The notes below the pieces were generated by a model. The model had not been told where the DNA came from. It saw nothing but the letters and a program-made list of their open reading frames with translations, and did no database searches. The translations under genes and the position numbers were made by a program. Below, piece by piece: positions 1-12,401 of a stretch of DNA of 56,592 nucleotides; the stretch's first letter is position 1; every line of letters starts with the position of its first letter. This DNA is from Perkinsus olseni (Eukaryota), in NCBI GenBank assembly GCA_013115125.1, contig JABANN010000030.1:62001-118592 (forward strand), in the 5' to 3' direction.

Positions 1-1456
1 CGCTAGAGTTCATGAGCTTGCCCGTGGAAGTCTGTGCCTACATACCCCTCGACAAGCTCGCCGTTATCGCTGATATAGATGATGAGGCTGACGCAGACAG
101 CAACAGCAGCAGTTGTGATGACGTGCCAGGAGGTAGGGGGCGCACACCAGCCGGGCTTGGGCTCGTTCGGGCAAGCCTGATCGATGTAGGTGAATCGAAT
201 CCACTGAGCTGCTCCAACGCGCCCTCTCCATCGCTGGCCGAGGATGGTAAGTTGCCTACGGAGCAGCCATACGACAACACCAACACCATCACTCTACGAG
301 AACGGAATTGGGTGCGTCATTTCAGTCCGGGGTGAGACTTTACCGGCCAGCGAGTCTTTTGCTGAGTGTTGCACTTCAGATTCAACAATCACATCGAGGC
401 GTTGAACCACAGGACCTTGCCGCCGATTCCGAAGTCAGTCAAGGGGCCCGCTGCAGCTTCTCTAGTCCAGGACAACCCCGGCCGAGCTGTCAGCCCTGAG
501 AGGTATCGCAGCTCCTCGGATTAGTGGGACCTCCCAGGTCTTATGAACCTCAGGCGTTTACGGCAAATGCAATCAACTACCAGCAAGAGCAGCAGCAGTT
601 TCGAGCTCGTCTGCACCGTAGAATTCACGGACGCTACCACTGGTAGAGTCTCCATCCCGTCTCGTGGTAGAAGAGGCTTCCCTGCATCTCCCAGGTAACG
701 AGATAAACGCCCGGAAGTCGTGGCCGTTGTCGGAAGTCACTTGGCTGCCGGCGGGGACGGAGGGCTCACTGTGCTGGGCGCAGATTGTGAAGAGGATCGG
801 TGACGATGGTTCTTATGATGTTGATGTGAGTGGCCTCTGCCTGGTGCGTCCTTGCATTCCCCTTGTCCCCCAGGTCAGCAACCTCGACGCCCTCACCGAC
901 GACGCCTACGCTCTTGTAGAGGCTAACCGAGTGGAGTCGGCCAATGACTTTACCGTAAGTGCTATGTTCAGATTCACACTAGCTATGGCAGTCTTCGTTC
1001 CCCTCTCCAGGTTTGCGGGGAATCGCCTGACTCTACCGGTTGTGATGACTCGGAGGGACCGACGACAGGCACACGGCACAGGCGAGCAGCGTATGCCCAG
1101 TAGGTCTCTCTGGCGGTCCGACGCATCTCGGTGTCAGGCAGTGTCGAAGTCACACCCTCTCCGACTGGGGCATCAAGTTCAACAGCAGCAGCGAGTCCTC
1201 AGAGAGCACAGTTGTTCCCTCCGGGGGAACCAAGTAAAGATCGACTGTGCCTCGGACGTTTGCTCATGGTTGGAGGTTCAGGTCCAGTGCTGGTGATGAT
1301 CACGACATCGAGAATCCCCGAGACAAGGGCGCCACCCCCCATGACGTGTCCGCATCGAGTCCAAGCCACGAGAAGAAGAAGCGCAGGAGTGTCTCTCCGC
1401 GATGGCGCAGTCGATGGCGGAAACTGAGATCGAGACTAGTGGACAGCTTGGTGTAG
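1..1456 (+). CDS. Inward-rectifier K+ channel-like protein, C-terminal part (5' end outside the window, multi-exon)
   Basis: Motifs LEFMSLPVEV, FELVCTVEFTDATTG, RKSW and YDVDVSNLD match the downstream Kir paralog. Introns were read at 643-694, 826-873 and 955-1010, among others. The last exon ends at TAG 1456. Confidence 0.8.
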
Positions 1457-1964
1457 CTGCCACGGTTCTGTCCACAACAGCAACAACGACAGCGGCGGCG
1501 GCGGCATATTACGGCCATTTGGCCTGCCCCCGATCGTTAATAAACCTCTACTAGCTTGTCATGAACAATCGATATTAGCTATTTGCAGTTTACTGAACCC
1601 ATTTGTTAATTACTTTTTCCTTACATACACAGTCACTGTGGACAGACGGTGCCGATGGTATCTTTCCAGTCCGTCGGTTACCTGTGTTTCCCTCGTCATT
1701 TTCTCCACCCTATTGGGTCTCGACTTTGAATTTCTTCCGCGCAATTCTGGGTTGTTGGTTTGGTCAATCAGTCAGTACGGTCGGGGGAAGGCACCCCTGA
1801 TAGTCCAGCCGTCGCGGAGTTTCCGATTATCGAAAGCTCGCTTCGTGTAATCAACGACGTTGTAACGCTCCGCCGTGCCCAAGGCCAACGCTGACTGTAG
1901 AGGCTTCTGTACCCCAGCGCGATAGTTTTTCTTCCAACAAGGTAACCGCTTAGTGCGGCACAAG

Positions 1965-4138
1965 ATGCAGTCCACTCGACCCGACGTCCCAAGACTACGG
2001 CTCACCACACCAGAGCCTCAGCAGGTTTACGACACTTCACTACCGCTGCCGGCAGACGACAATGAATTTGACGACCGAGGCAAAGTTTCAGGGGCGGACA
2101 GACCCGTCCAGCCAACCCGTCTCGAGCCTACAAATGAGCGCTATAGGTAAGCGAGGTAAACCATGGCCGCCAATAATACGCTGTACTGATCCCTCAGGAG
2201 GCGTTCGTCAGCCTCTCGTCGCTCAGCTGGGGGAGCAGGGTCTTCCTCTTCACACAGACTATCGATGATACTCAGCCCTGCTGATCTGGGAGCATTCGTA
2301 GAAGCAGTCAATGAGACACGTAAGGCATCAGCAGTATACGCGATTGCCGCATATTGAGACCGTAGACAGGTTAGCTCATTACGTTACTAACATAGCGTTC
2401 CCTCATACACTAATTGCGAGCTAGTGGTTCATAACCATATTTTGTGTTCGATAATGATTATCACTATAGTTTGGTCTTTGGCAGGTAGGAGAAGCACCAT
2501 CGCGAGGAAGACCTATAATGAGTAAGTGGCCATACAGTAGCTGCTGCTCTTGCTGACTAGCCTCAGCAGTCCGCTTCAGATTGTTTTCCTCGGCTACGGG
2601 CAAGTCCATCGTGTCAAAGCGAGGCGTGTATAACGTCGACTTGCGGCTATCAGCGGCAGCCAGGCTTTGGCTCACTTGGAAGTTCGATCTCTTCCCGACG
2701 CTCATCCGAATGTCGTGGCAGAAGCTTTGGTTTTGTGAGTTCACCTCATCCGTAGGGGTTGCCTTGTTCGACCCTCCCTGCTGGTCATCAGATTGCTTCT
2801 GCTGCTACATGCTGCTCATTGGTGTCTTCGCGACGGCCCTGTCCCTGAGCGACCCGACCATGGCCTGCGTCGATGAAGCACATGGCTGGTTCGATGCCTT
2901 CTTCTTCACCGTTGAGGTATGTCCTGATGCCTCTCTGCTTCTCACCGCCCTCTCCTCAGACTATGTTCACCATCGGCTACGGTGCCATGCATCCCGTGTG
3001 CTTCTCCACACACTCTTGGGTTACCGTCATGGCCATCTCCGGGGTCATGTGCCACACTGGCCTAACTGGCGTAGTCTTTGCCAAGTTCACCCTAGGCAAC
3101 CGTCATGAACTCTCCTGCGCCTTCTCCACTGTACTCTACGCCATCCCATGCGTCGAGTATCATCATTACCATCATCATAGTCATTATAATCTTCATAACC
3201 ATCGACTCCCGGATCCCTTCCTCAGCGAAGATTCTAGCATCAGTGATCGCTCCTTGCGGCACCAGGGAGGACCTCGAAGTGAATCCTCCTACAGTGTATC
3301 GAGTGCCTCGGTCTCTCTACCGGACGAGGAGAGCACGGTCCAGCTGTGCTTCCGGCTGGTTAACGTTTTCCATCGCCATTTTTTCGGCGTGAATATCCGT
3401 TGTTTTCTGGTTGAGCATCACCCATGCAAGACTGATGGTTGGGTATGTCCGAGCGTCGAGGAGATCAGCGACATATCGACCTCTATTCCACTAGAGTTCA
3501 TGAGTCTCCCTGTTGAGGTCACCGTGACTGTGCCCTACAGGCGGGTCGATAAGAGGATGGGCACTTCACGGCGGGAGAGGAGGAAGGTGAAGCCCGGGAG
3601 GCTGACGAAACGGAAGGAACGACAAGGACCGCATCAAGCGGCACGGCAGCACTTCGACTTGAGGGAATCCGAGCTGCTCACTGAGGACCACCCCGAGGGA
3701 GACTCGACAGAGTTCGAGCTAGTCTGCACGATCGAGTTCACGGATGCTACCACCGGCCGGGTGATCGGTGTTAGGAAAAGCTGGAACTTGCACAAGGTGA
3801 TCTGGATGCCCGAAGGCACTGAGAGGATAAACTGGCGCAACATAGTGCACAGACAAGGGGACAGTGGATGCTACGACGTGGACGTCAATTGTCTGGATAA
3901 AGTTTACTTCCACGAGAAACAGTCCAACAGCGCGGCGCCAGCAGCAGAGGTCGCCGATGACGGGTCGGTCACTCGCGTACGGGTTAATGAAGACCGTGCC
4001 ATGCGGAATGGGAGTCTGCTGGGGCCCATCATGAGGGCCTTCCCGTCGCTGTCGGCCTCGAGGACCAACTCTGGGATATCAGCGGAGGACGCCACTCGGC
4101 CGCTCCTCGAGCGGCTCAACGCGGGGGAGCATGGATAG
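1965..4138 (+). CDS. Inward-rectifier potassium channel (Kir family), multi-exon
   Basis: The spliced product contains SIVSKRGVYNV, the pore helix and filter AFFFTVE/TMFTIGYG, the M2 helix ending VVFAKF, and a cytoplasmic beta domain. Introns were read at 2147-2197, 2320-2484, 2522-2579 and two further sites. Confidence 0.9.
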
Positions 4139-4597
4139 CATCGTTCGTCCATGTATCATTCACGCTAGCCACTCCCACTGACATGAGCAATGAAGCACCT
4201 ATCGTTCGGATGTTACGGAACAGCGACGGTGTTGTGTTGGTAGGTGGCTCTCCCAGGGTCCCCTCCAGGCAGTTGCAATGCCTTCTCACGGCTTACTGAT
4301 GGTCGATCGCTCATCGGGCGATGATTCAAACGAGCAAATCACGACGGGTGACCTCTTGAAGAAGAATACCGTGGCCGCAACTACAAGGAGACCGTTCACG
4401 ATCCTCTCTGCTGGTAACTAGCTCAGCGCGCGGCGAAAAGTATCAGTCAACTATTGATCAGAAAGTCTCGGTGGAGGACAACGGCGCAGCAGGCGGGTGA
4501 GTGGAGGTACGAGAAAAAGTGGCAAGGAAAACGAGGAACCTCGACAGGCGTCGAGGGCCCAAAGGACGCCGATCACGAGAGGGAGGTCAGCCACTAG

Positions 4598-6033
4598 TCA
4601 ACGCGTGTTCAATTCACAGAGTGATTCAGTCGTGTCCCGAAGGTCGACAACTTCAAGGGCGGAGTGCCTCTCCTGGATGGAGAATTTGAGGGAACGTGAG
4701 CTCAACAAGAGTAGTCTCCCCACCGAGTAGAGCATCAGCTCAGGTCCGAGATACTCCGTTGGGGAGTGCCGGAGGACCTCCTCGACTCTCCCACTACGCC
4801 CACTGCCGTAGCAGTTTTGGATGATCTTTACTTCCGACACGTCGCCAAGCTTCAATAGATTATCTACTCATCCCCGCGGCCTCGTGTTGGTTGAGGGGGT
4901 GGCCGCCACTTAACAACTTTTTGCCGTTGGAAAGCAAGGTGGCCCCTCGTTACTATACAAACCCAACACTCTCCGGGTAACAGAAACGTGACGCCATGAG
5001 CAGTCAGAGCTGCAGCTGGGGTAATCATCCGATACGTCGAATCCGTCGGTTCACCCGGTTTCCGTAGAACCTTGCAAAGAGCGCCTCTAACCAGCGATCG
5101 GACGAATGGCGGCGACGTACCGTGCAGCGCTTGTGTTGACAACACACTGCTGGAAACGAAGGCCAAGCCGCCAGAAGAGATCGCGGCCAATATCCTCGTC
5201 GTGGAGTTTCAGCTTGTTGAACCTGTCGAGGATCTGGAGCAAGCGGTTGTCACAGAAGAGACACTCTACGTGTCCTTGATCATAGTGATATCGGATTTGG
5301 AGAGGGAGTCCAGCCGATCGAGGTAAAAGTTGACCCAGATTTTGTGGTAATTGAGATCCGAGTATCCAAGATGACCGAGGGACCTGCTGACCATTGTTGA
5401 TAGGGAATACACCGACCAGCCTGCTACCAGGCTACATCGACAAGATACCTGTTTATGCTCACTATCTGCTGTATACTACGAGAGTACACGGTTTTGCATA
5501 ACCAAATAGCGACCCAAGAACAGTCAAGGTACCTGGAGAAAATCTCGGCTGGAGGGTTTAGGGGCATTCACTTGTCCTTCCGCCGATTCCGACCGCAACG
5601 GACGAGATGCTCCATCGTGGGTGCTAGATACTCTGCCGCCCTGTCTCTCAGTGGAACTCCCACCTCGTTGCCTGGTGTAAGCAAATACCGCAACCGATCC
5701 ATCTGACCGGGCAATATGTTAAAGTGACTACTGAGCATGCGGCTTACAATGGCGGCTACAACTACTTCCACGTCGGAGTTCTTCAGAAAAGTTGCCCTCG
5801 ATATCGAAGATGCCAGAAACGATACATCTCGCGGAGACATCACCGACAGTATTCTTCGCACGGCCCGCTCATCCGCTCTGCAGAAGCCATTGACGACCTG
5901 ATGCAATCCTCCTTCGAATGCTGGCACGCAATCAGCATCGCTGTTCGACAAGTACTATGCCGTTCAGTGCTCGGTAGTCCGCTTCTTTATCCCACCACTC
6001 GGTCGTGCCAGTGTTCAGTCTAAGCTGTTTCAT
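4598..6033 (-). CDS. Hypothetical multi-exon protein, probably helical
   Basis: ORF segments 5568-5951, 4864-5190 and 4598-4855 lie in series with plausible short introns. The candidate ATG is at 6033. No family was recognised and the boundaries are approximate. Confidence 0.45.
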
Positions 6034-6092
6034 AAAGCTCAGTCCAAAAGATGCTTCCACCAAGCTATATCTGGCAAAGCAAAAGGAAAGGG

Positions 6093-6097
6093 AAAAA
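6093..6097 (-). terminator. Pol III oligo-T terminator of tRNA-Arg
   Basis: TTTTT lies immediately 3' of the discriminator base on the minus strand. Confidence 0.85.
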
Positions 6098-6170
6098 CGA
6101 TCTCGGTGGGACTCGAACCCACAATCTTTGGTTCCGAAGACCAACGCCTTATCCATTAGGCCACGAGACC
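6098..6170 (-). tRNA. tRNA-Arg (anticodon TCG)
   Basis: The sequence GGTCTCGTGGCCTAATGGATAAGGCGTTGGTCTTCGGAACCAAAGATTGTGGGTTCGAGTCCCACCGAGATCG folds as a full cloverleaf. The anticodon arm is TTGGT-CTTCGGA-ACCAA. Confidence 0.97.
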
Positions 6171-6207
6171 ACGCAGAAAAAGCTAAAACTACATCGCCGG
6201 TCGCCGG

Positions 6208-7849
6208 TTACTTCCGATCGCCATCCCGTTCAAGATGTGAGCAAGCCTCAGGATCGACATCAACCCCTCGATTATGCAGCATGTCCTGGATCCAGGCACG
6301 GCAAAACGTGTCATGCCGCTTATCCATCTTCTGATATCTGAAGGGCAGCCCTCTGTGCTGCGAAACCAAACTCCATCATCGTCTTCTTCTCACATTTTTG
6401 CGAGCCTCATGAAGTCAGCGGGGGTGAAGATATCCATACCCTCATGAATCACTCGACCGGCATACTTGATGATCTCTCGGGGATACATACTTCCCTGATG
6501 AGACAGATGACTGCAGCAGATGCGTGACGGAGTGGATGAGTGGATCGCACATCCCTTCCTGCGACTGCGGAAAGCTGAGCGTGTCGCCGGTATCAGAGTT
6601 TCCTCCGCTTTCAAGGATTCGGAGGTCTCGTGTGGCTCACCTCAACGAAGGCCTCGAGCACTTCAAGAAGCTCATCTCGACTTACGTCCGCCATTTCGTC
6701 GCAGACACGTTGAGCAATCTCTTCGTAAAGATCTTGGCCTGCATACTGAAGCGAGACGAACACGTCATGACTCCCCGCAAAATCTCGCTGAAACCCGAAA
6801 ACGCAACCAGCACATGGGGGCACACTCTTCAGTGGAACGCACCCATCTCAGCACCTTCGACTCACCTGCTGCAATCCGAGGGCGCTTATCAGAGGAGCAA
6901 TACCCGACAGCTCCATCGTCCACATTGTATCCTGCGCAGACGCACAGGCTTCCAGTCTCCGCGCTAGAGGAATATGGCTGAAAACCAAATCACGTCCAGG
7001 ACAGCGACCGAGCTTCTTCGCTGTAATGTGGTATCCGAATAAGCCAGCCGCCTACACTCGCCCGATATGAGCCAGAGCTAAGCCCATCTCTGACGCCTGC
7101 TTGACATCCATGCTCCCAAAGGCAGTGAATCTATGCCGAGCTGTACAGTCCGGAAGCGCAAGCACTTTCGTCCAGAATGAGTTCTGAAAATAGAGCCGTC
7201 GCTGCCACCGATGGCGCCACCCAGAGGGTATAGTAGCGCCCTTTGCTCGGAAGCGTCAGTCCCCGAATGCGGGAGTGGAATGCCAAGCGTTGTCCGAGGT
7301 CCTACCAATGTGACCTCTCCCTCTTCACATATGGCCTTGAAGAGCTCAGTGGCGATCTCGGGCGGCAAGAAATGCTCATTATCGTTCAGCCACGTCCACT
7401 TCGCGCATAGGAGCCCGCAGAACTCGCGCCATTTCTCATCTACAAGTCCAAAGGAATGTAGAGAACAACACAGTCGGTCGGCCCCTCCCATATCACGGAG
7501 CATCGGTCTCAGCGATTAAGCATTGGGACAGCAGATCACAGCCAGGGTCCGCCCGCGTGGTTCCGTCCCATTTGTAACGATCCAACCTCCTCAAAGGTCC
7601 TGCTCGGTAACCCTCACTACCTTTCTCCTCGCTGCCACAGCCGAACACTCCGTACATTGTCACGGCCTTCCTCGTGGCCTCGACGAAGTCACCTCCACTG
7701 GAGAGGATCGCTAGGGGGTCTTGTGAGCTCAGAGGGCCACTGGCCTCCTGATCCGATGTCGCTGAAGACGCCATCCATCGTTGACTTCTGTTAATCCGCA
7801 GGAATGCCGCCGCCCTCCCAGAAGCTGGACGTAAGTGGAAAGCAAGCAT
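6208..7849 (-). CDS. Probable mitochondrial helical-repeat protein, multi-exon
   Basis: The N-terminus is presequence-like (MLAFHLRPASGRAAAFLRINRSQRWMASS). Amphipathic helical segments fall in ORFs 7078-7503, 6611-6823 and 6390-6614. The final exon ends ...DGDRK-TAA at 6208. Confidence 0.55.
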
Positions 7850-7964
7850 AGCCAAACAAGCAAGCGACTCAAAGCAAGTTTATCAAGGCTACTGAATAGC
7901 ACAACAGCCACGCCGAAAGAAACAATGATTCGAAACACGCAGTTATTATTCACAAGTGTAAGTA

Positions 7965-9064
7965 TCACCAGTCATCGTCATATCGGCGACGCCGCCATCC
8001 TCGTCCGAAGGCATAGGCTGCCACCCCGACTACCACTACTACAGCTGCACCGACCTTCATCGGGCCGACCTTGTAGCAGTAGTAGGAGGCTGACTGTACT
8101 ACGCGGTGCAAGCAGTAGTAGAACTCATGGGGGAAGACACATTGAAGGCCGTAGATGCCGACGAACGTCCTGTAGGGAGAGAACAAGTATCCCGAGGACT
8201 TTGAACGATCCTGACTACCTAGTGATTGGGAGTATCTTCCACCGCCGTATGACGGGGATATCGTATTTTACTGCTTCTAGCATCGGCAACACCTGCACGG
8301 AACGGGCGTGGCAGGATAATCAGCTGTGAGTAATTTTGAGCAGGTGTGGCAACATCCTTACCGCACAGGAGGCGAAGGCAAGGCCGTCAAACCTCGATGC
8401 GAATGGAAGCGATCGATAGAATGCTTGGAGGTCGTCGGGATCCTGGCTAGCCAGAAATGAGGAGGATATATACGGTCGTAGATTGGGACGACCTGAAGGC
8501 CACCCCACGGAGGTCTTTACTGAATCGCGAACTTTACGCCGGACCAGGTCTCGCCCGAACTACTAGGGTTAGCCGCTCAATAAGTTCATCGATGGAGATG
8601 TCGAGGCCGGAAGATTCACCGCCACCTCCTAGCGCTGTGCCCTTGATACTACCCATGAGATCAGCCACGCCGGGGACGAAGGTCTTGGCTGTGAAGTTCC
8701 AAGCATCCCATCTGTAAGGATCCCTCATTGAAGTCACTTGATGGGATATCTTCTGAGCATGTGCACTGGCACTGCCCATCCACTCACTCACTGTGTTCAC
8801 CAGGCCACCCTGCCCCCTCGACCTCTCTCCGAGACTGCCCTCGAAGAACGGATCCGAGGAGTCATAAAACATCAACAAGCTATTCATGGCATGGCCAGCA
8901 TAATGGACAGCAGCACCCTGTACTCCACCCCACTTAGCAGTTTCTGGCCAAGTTGTTCTACAGGCGCGTGTACAGAGCGGAAGCTCTGGCGAGTAAGTGG
9001 TCCTAGAGAGCACATCTTGGCCGATGACGGAGCACTGATCCTTCGCGGCAAACGACAGGATCAT
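7965..9064 (-). CDS. Hypothetical multi-exon protein
   Basis: A 176-aa ORF (8534-9064) ends at a GT donor and continues in 8320-8508. The 3' end is uncertain. Confidence 0.4.
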
Positions 9065-9659
9065 CTTTCAAAACTTGCGCCGCCTCGACGTTTCTTAACG
9101 CCTTCGAGGTGCTTCGATACACCAGTGGCGTTGTGATTCACAACGCGGAGTAATGTTAACAACTTGTGAAGGAGACCTCAGCGAGGAGCTCGTAGCCGTG
9201 TGACACGGCCCGTGTCTAGTGGTTCGTGGAGAGGTGTAGACCAGGCCGTCTTCGGACAAGACCGTTGCCGCAGCCTTGGGAGGGGCTACAGATTATTTCC
9301 ACAACCCTGGGTTGTAAAAGAAGTATTGAAGCCTGTGGCATCACCATTGTCAACGAGGTTTGTAACAGGCAGGTCGGTCGGTAGCACAGGAGCGTCTCAG
9401 CCCGCTTCGAGCTATTGGGACGGTGTCAGATCTGCCGATGGGGTCAGACTTCCCCACCATTAGGGGCCACGTCCTGGCTGCCCTGCACTGGCGCTGCAAC
9501 CGTTGTGAGAAGGTAGCAGGCCATGGAAGCAGGGTGCATCGGGCTGTGAGTTGCCGTCGGCAATCTCATCGTGCGCTGCAGCACTAGGGCGCTCTGGGGG
9601 GATTCTGTGTGTCGTTTCACAGCGGAACCGGACCCTACCGGTTCCGGCGTGAATTCTGA

Positions 9660-11325
9660 GGGTGATGGGGTGTACGTCAATAGTCCATTGCCAAGGGTTC
9701 GTTGAACCGGCGACTCTTTGCCCATTACTCCTCCTTCTCGTCTCAGCGTTTCCTGAGTGCTGCGGCATCAGCCAAATAGAAGAGGATGCATCAACACGCC
9801 ATCACCATGTGATGCTTACCATGTTGAAGAAGGAGTGGTATCGTAGTTTGGCGAAACGTGCGCTGCTTTTAATCCCATGGTCAGAGCATACAATCCGGAC
9901 GGTGTGCCTAGGCTTGCCGGTCCTACAGTCGCAGCCCTCCTGTCCACAAGTCTCCTCGCCTCGTCCGATCCGCTACACTTCCGCGTCCATCCAGGACATG
10001 AGCCTACACCTTAGTCTGCTTACTCGCACCTCCACTAGGAGGGAGTGCCTTCCAGCCGATGACGTCATCGCTACGCTACATCTACCACGGGTACTGTGTA
10101 CGCCGGTACTTTTCAGTTTGTCTCTCCAATGTCCGCCGGACGGATCTGCGAGGCATCTCTCACAGACCGGCAACAGGTGGCGTCTGTGAGCCCCGTGACT
10201 GATGGACCGGCGGAGTTGAACAGGAAGCTGGAGCTCCGTCGCCGAGTAGTGGAGAATACTGGTGAGGTTTGGGAGACTGTAGCGTCCCTATCGAAGGCTG
10301 ATGCTGGGCAGAGGTACTATTGGGCCTCGAGGGAGACTCGGTTCTGCTATTGACAATAGCCGCGTGTAGGGGCTGGCAGCGTGTGGTTATGGCGGGGGAA
10401 GTAACATCTCGACGGTCCAGCGAGAAACCCTTGAGATGGTCCACCTCTGCATCCTCTACGGAAGTTGGCCTCAGCAGCGACACACCGGCGGGCTCATCAC
10501 CAGTTGCGGCAAGAACTCCCACCCCGCTGAAGAAAAGTGGGGCGGCTGACCCTCCGACAGCCGTGTGGAAGAGCGCATATCCGCTCAGAAAGGCCGTTGT
10601 TGACGCCGTCCACCAGCGGACAGAGCTTACTGGGTGCACCTCGGTCCGACGATGGAGGCCCTTCAGCTCCGTGTGGTGTGGAGCCTGAGAGGACCCCATG
10701 CATTGCCGACGGCGGAAGCAGAGGGCCACAGGGCCATCCCCTCCATGTAGATGCAGAAGTCCCAGAGGAACACAGGGAACTCGGTGTGACGGGAACAGCG
10801 CATGGCTTCATAGTGGGATATTATGGTCCCTCGTGCGCGGGCCGCTTTTCCTTCGAAAGCTTCTCGCTTCTTTCAGTAACCCCACGACTGCTGGTGTTCG
10901 AGAGCATCCCGAGTGAGTCTAGCACCCAGACTTCATCGTTCGGGATCCCTACTGAGCGACTCGCCGTGGCTGTCAGCATGTGCACTCCTCGGTCCGCACG
11001 TGTGGTCCAAGATACTCTTGCGCACTACGAAGATTTGACCCAGGGAATCGAGTCCCCTCGTCTCCAAGTGGTCTGTCTCCGCCAGGAGGTGGCCAGGCTG
11101 AGACAGCTCCTCGAGGAGAGTGAGAGGCACTGCCGAGTCTTGGCGGAGCGTAGTGATGGATTCTGGGAGGAAGAGGTGTATGATATAATAAATAAGATTC
11201 ACACCACCAGCCACGGCATGCAGCAGGAAGATGGCCACCACCACCACCAGTATCATCATGGCCAGAGGAACGGATTGCCTGGCAGGCTATGGCGGTGGCT
11301 GTCGTGCTCCCGACTCCTCCGCTAG
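9660..11325 (+). CDS. Hypothetical multi-exon protein with a WW-like motif and a C-terminal coiled coil
   Basis: One exon encodes EVWETVASLSKADAGQRYYW (WW-like). The last exon has the coiled coil LRQEVARLRQLLEESERH and stops at 11325. The start is uncertain. Confidence 0.4.
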
Positions 11326-11562
11326 ACGGTCCTCCCTGCCGTCTAGGCTCCTCGTATTCAGCGATTGTTTGTCCGTCTGTTCGGAACGCTTGTGATGGTT
11401 GCGTGGGTTTGGTTTATCGATTCATGATCTGTTTATAGCCGCCTGCGCGGTAGAGTGTATAATTCTAATTAAGGCCACGGACGAGTGTGTCTCAGCAGTC
11501 CAGTTCACCATATTGTTGCGTTGATGACGGTCTATCAGCCTGCCAGTCTCCGTTGTCCGGAC

Positions 11563-12235
11563 ATGTCCGCTTCCACTGCGAATCGGCGAACTCCTGGTGA
11601 TTTCCTCAGAGAGGTAAACCATCGTCCAGTTACGCTCACGCTACACGCTGCTTACCACCATGCCTCTCTTACTGCTACCCTGCGCTGCCCTACGCGCGGG
11701 GCTTTTTCGAGCGTCTCATTGTCACCCTCCGCTGTTGAGAGGTTTTTCTTTGACGCAGTCCGGGGTGCTGTAGCTCCTGCCCTCGGGCCATTTTCTTCTC
11801 TCTCTCTTCCTATAGGCCTGGTCCTGTCTGGGGCGTGTTAGATCATCATCGTCGTCATCATCATGGCTCCATGCTTCCCTCAGGTGCGTGGCTGTGGCGT
11901 ACGAGTAAGGCTGAACAACGGCACCGACTACACCGGCCGTCTACTGGCCCTCGACGGTTTCATGAACTTAGCGATGGACGATGCTACCGAGTTCCCTGAT
12001 GGTACCCAGTACCCTACGTCCACATCGATGATTGCTGTTCTACTTCTCTCTTCATCAGGTGTGAACAGTGGCTCAGAAGGTCGTCGCTACGGCCAAGCCG
12101 TCATCCGCGGGAATAATGGTGAGCGCCTCTAATCGCCGCGGATATCACCATCATCGTAGCGCCTCAGTCCTGTACATCAGTATGGTCGAGCGGAGGCAAG
12201 ACGAGGCAGCAGAGGCTGCTACGGAGGAGTCGTGA
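11563..12235 (+). CDS. LSM6: U6 snRNA-associated Sm-like protein LSm6 (4 exons)
   Basis: The spliced sequence RTPGDFLRE/VRGCGVRVRLNNGTDYTGRLLALDGFMNLAM...YGQAVIRGNN/VLYIS carries the Sm1 and Sm2 motifs and the TPxDFL N-terminus typical of LSm6. Confidence 0.85.
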
Positions 12236-12401
12236 GAAGCAACATCGAATTACTACAGTTTCGACCTTCCCTGCTGGTGATTCTATGATGACTGTTGGGT
12301 TGGTCAATCAGCGGACTGCGGGGGGCAGATGGTTTCTGTCGTCCGTCATGACCGATAGCAGCATCTGGCATCATCACCTTCTACGACAGGATAGGCCCGC
12401 G

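Noticed and set aside
2366-2369. 4-nt micro-exon (TAG|ACAG|GT) in the Kir gene
   Set aside because: Direct splicing of 2320-2484 already preserves the frame, and adding 4 nt would break it.
5932-6334. ORFs overlapping tRNA-Arg on both strands
   Set aside because: They are translations of the tRNA sequence and its flanks. Only the part downstream of ATG 6033 may be coding.
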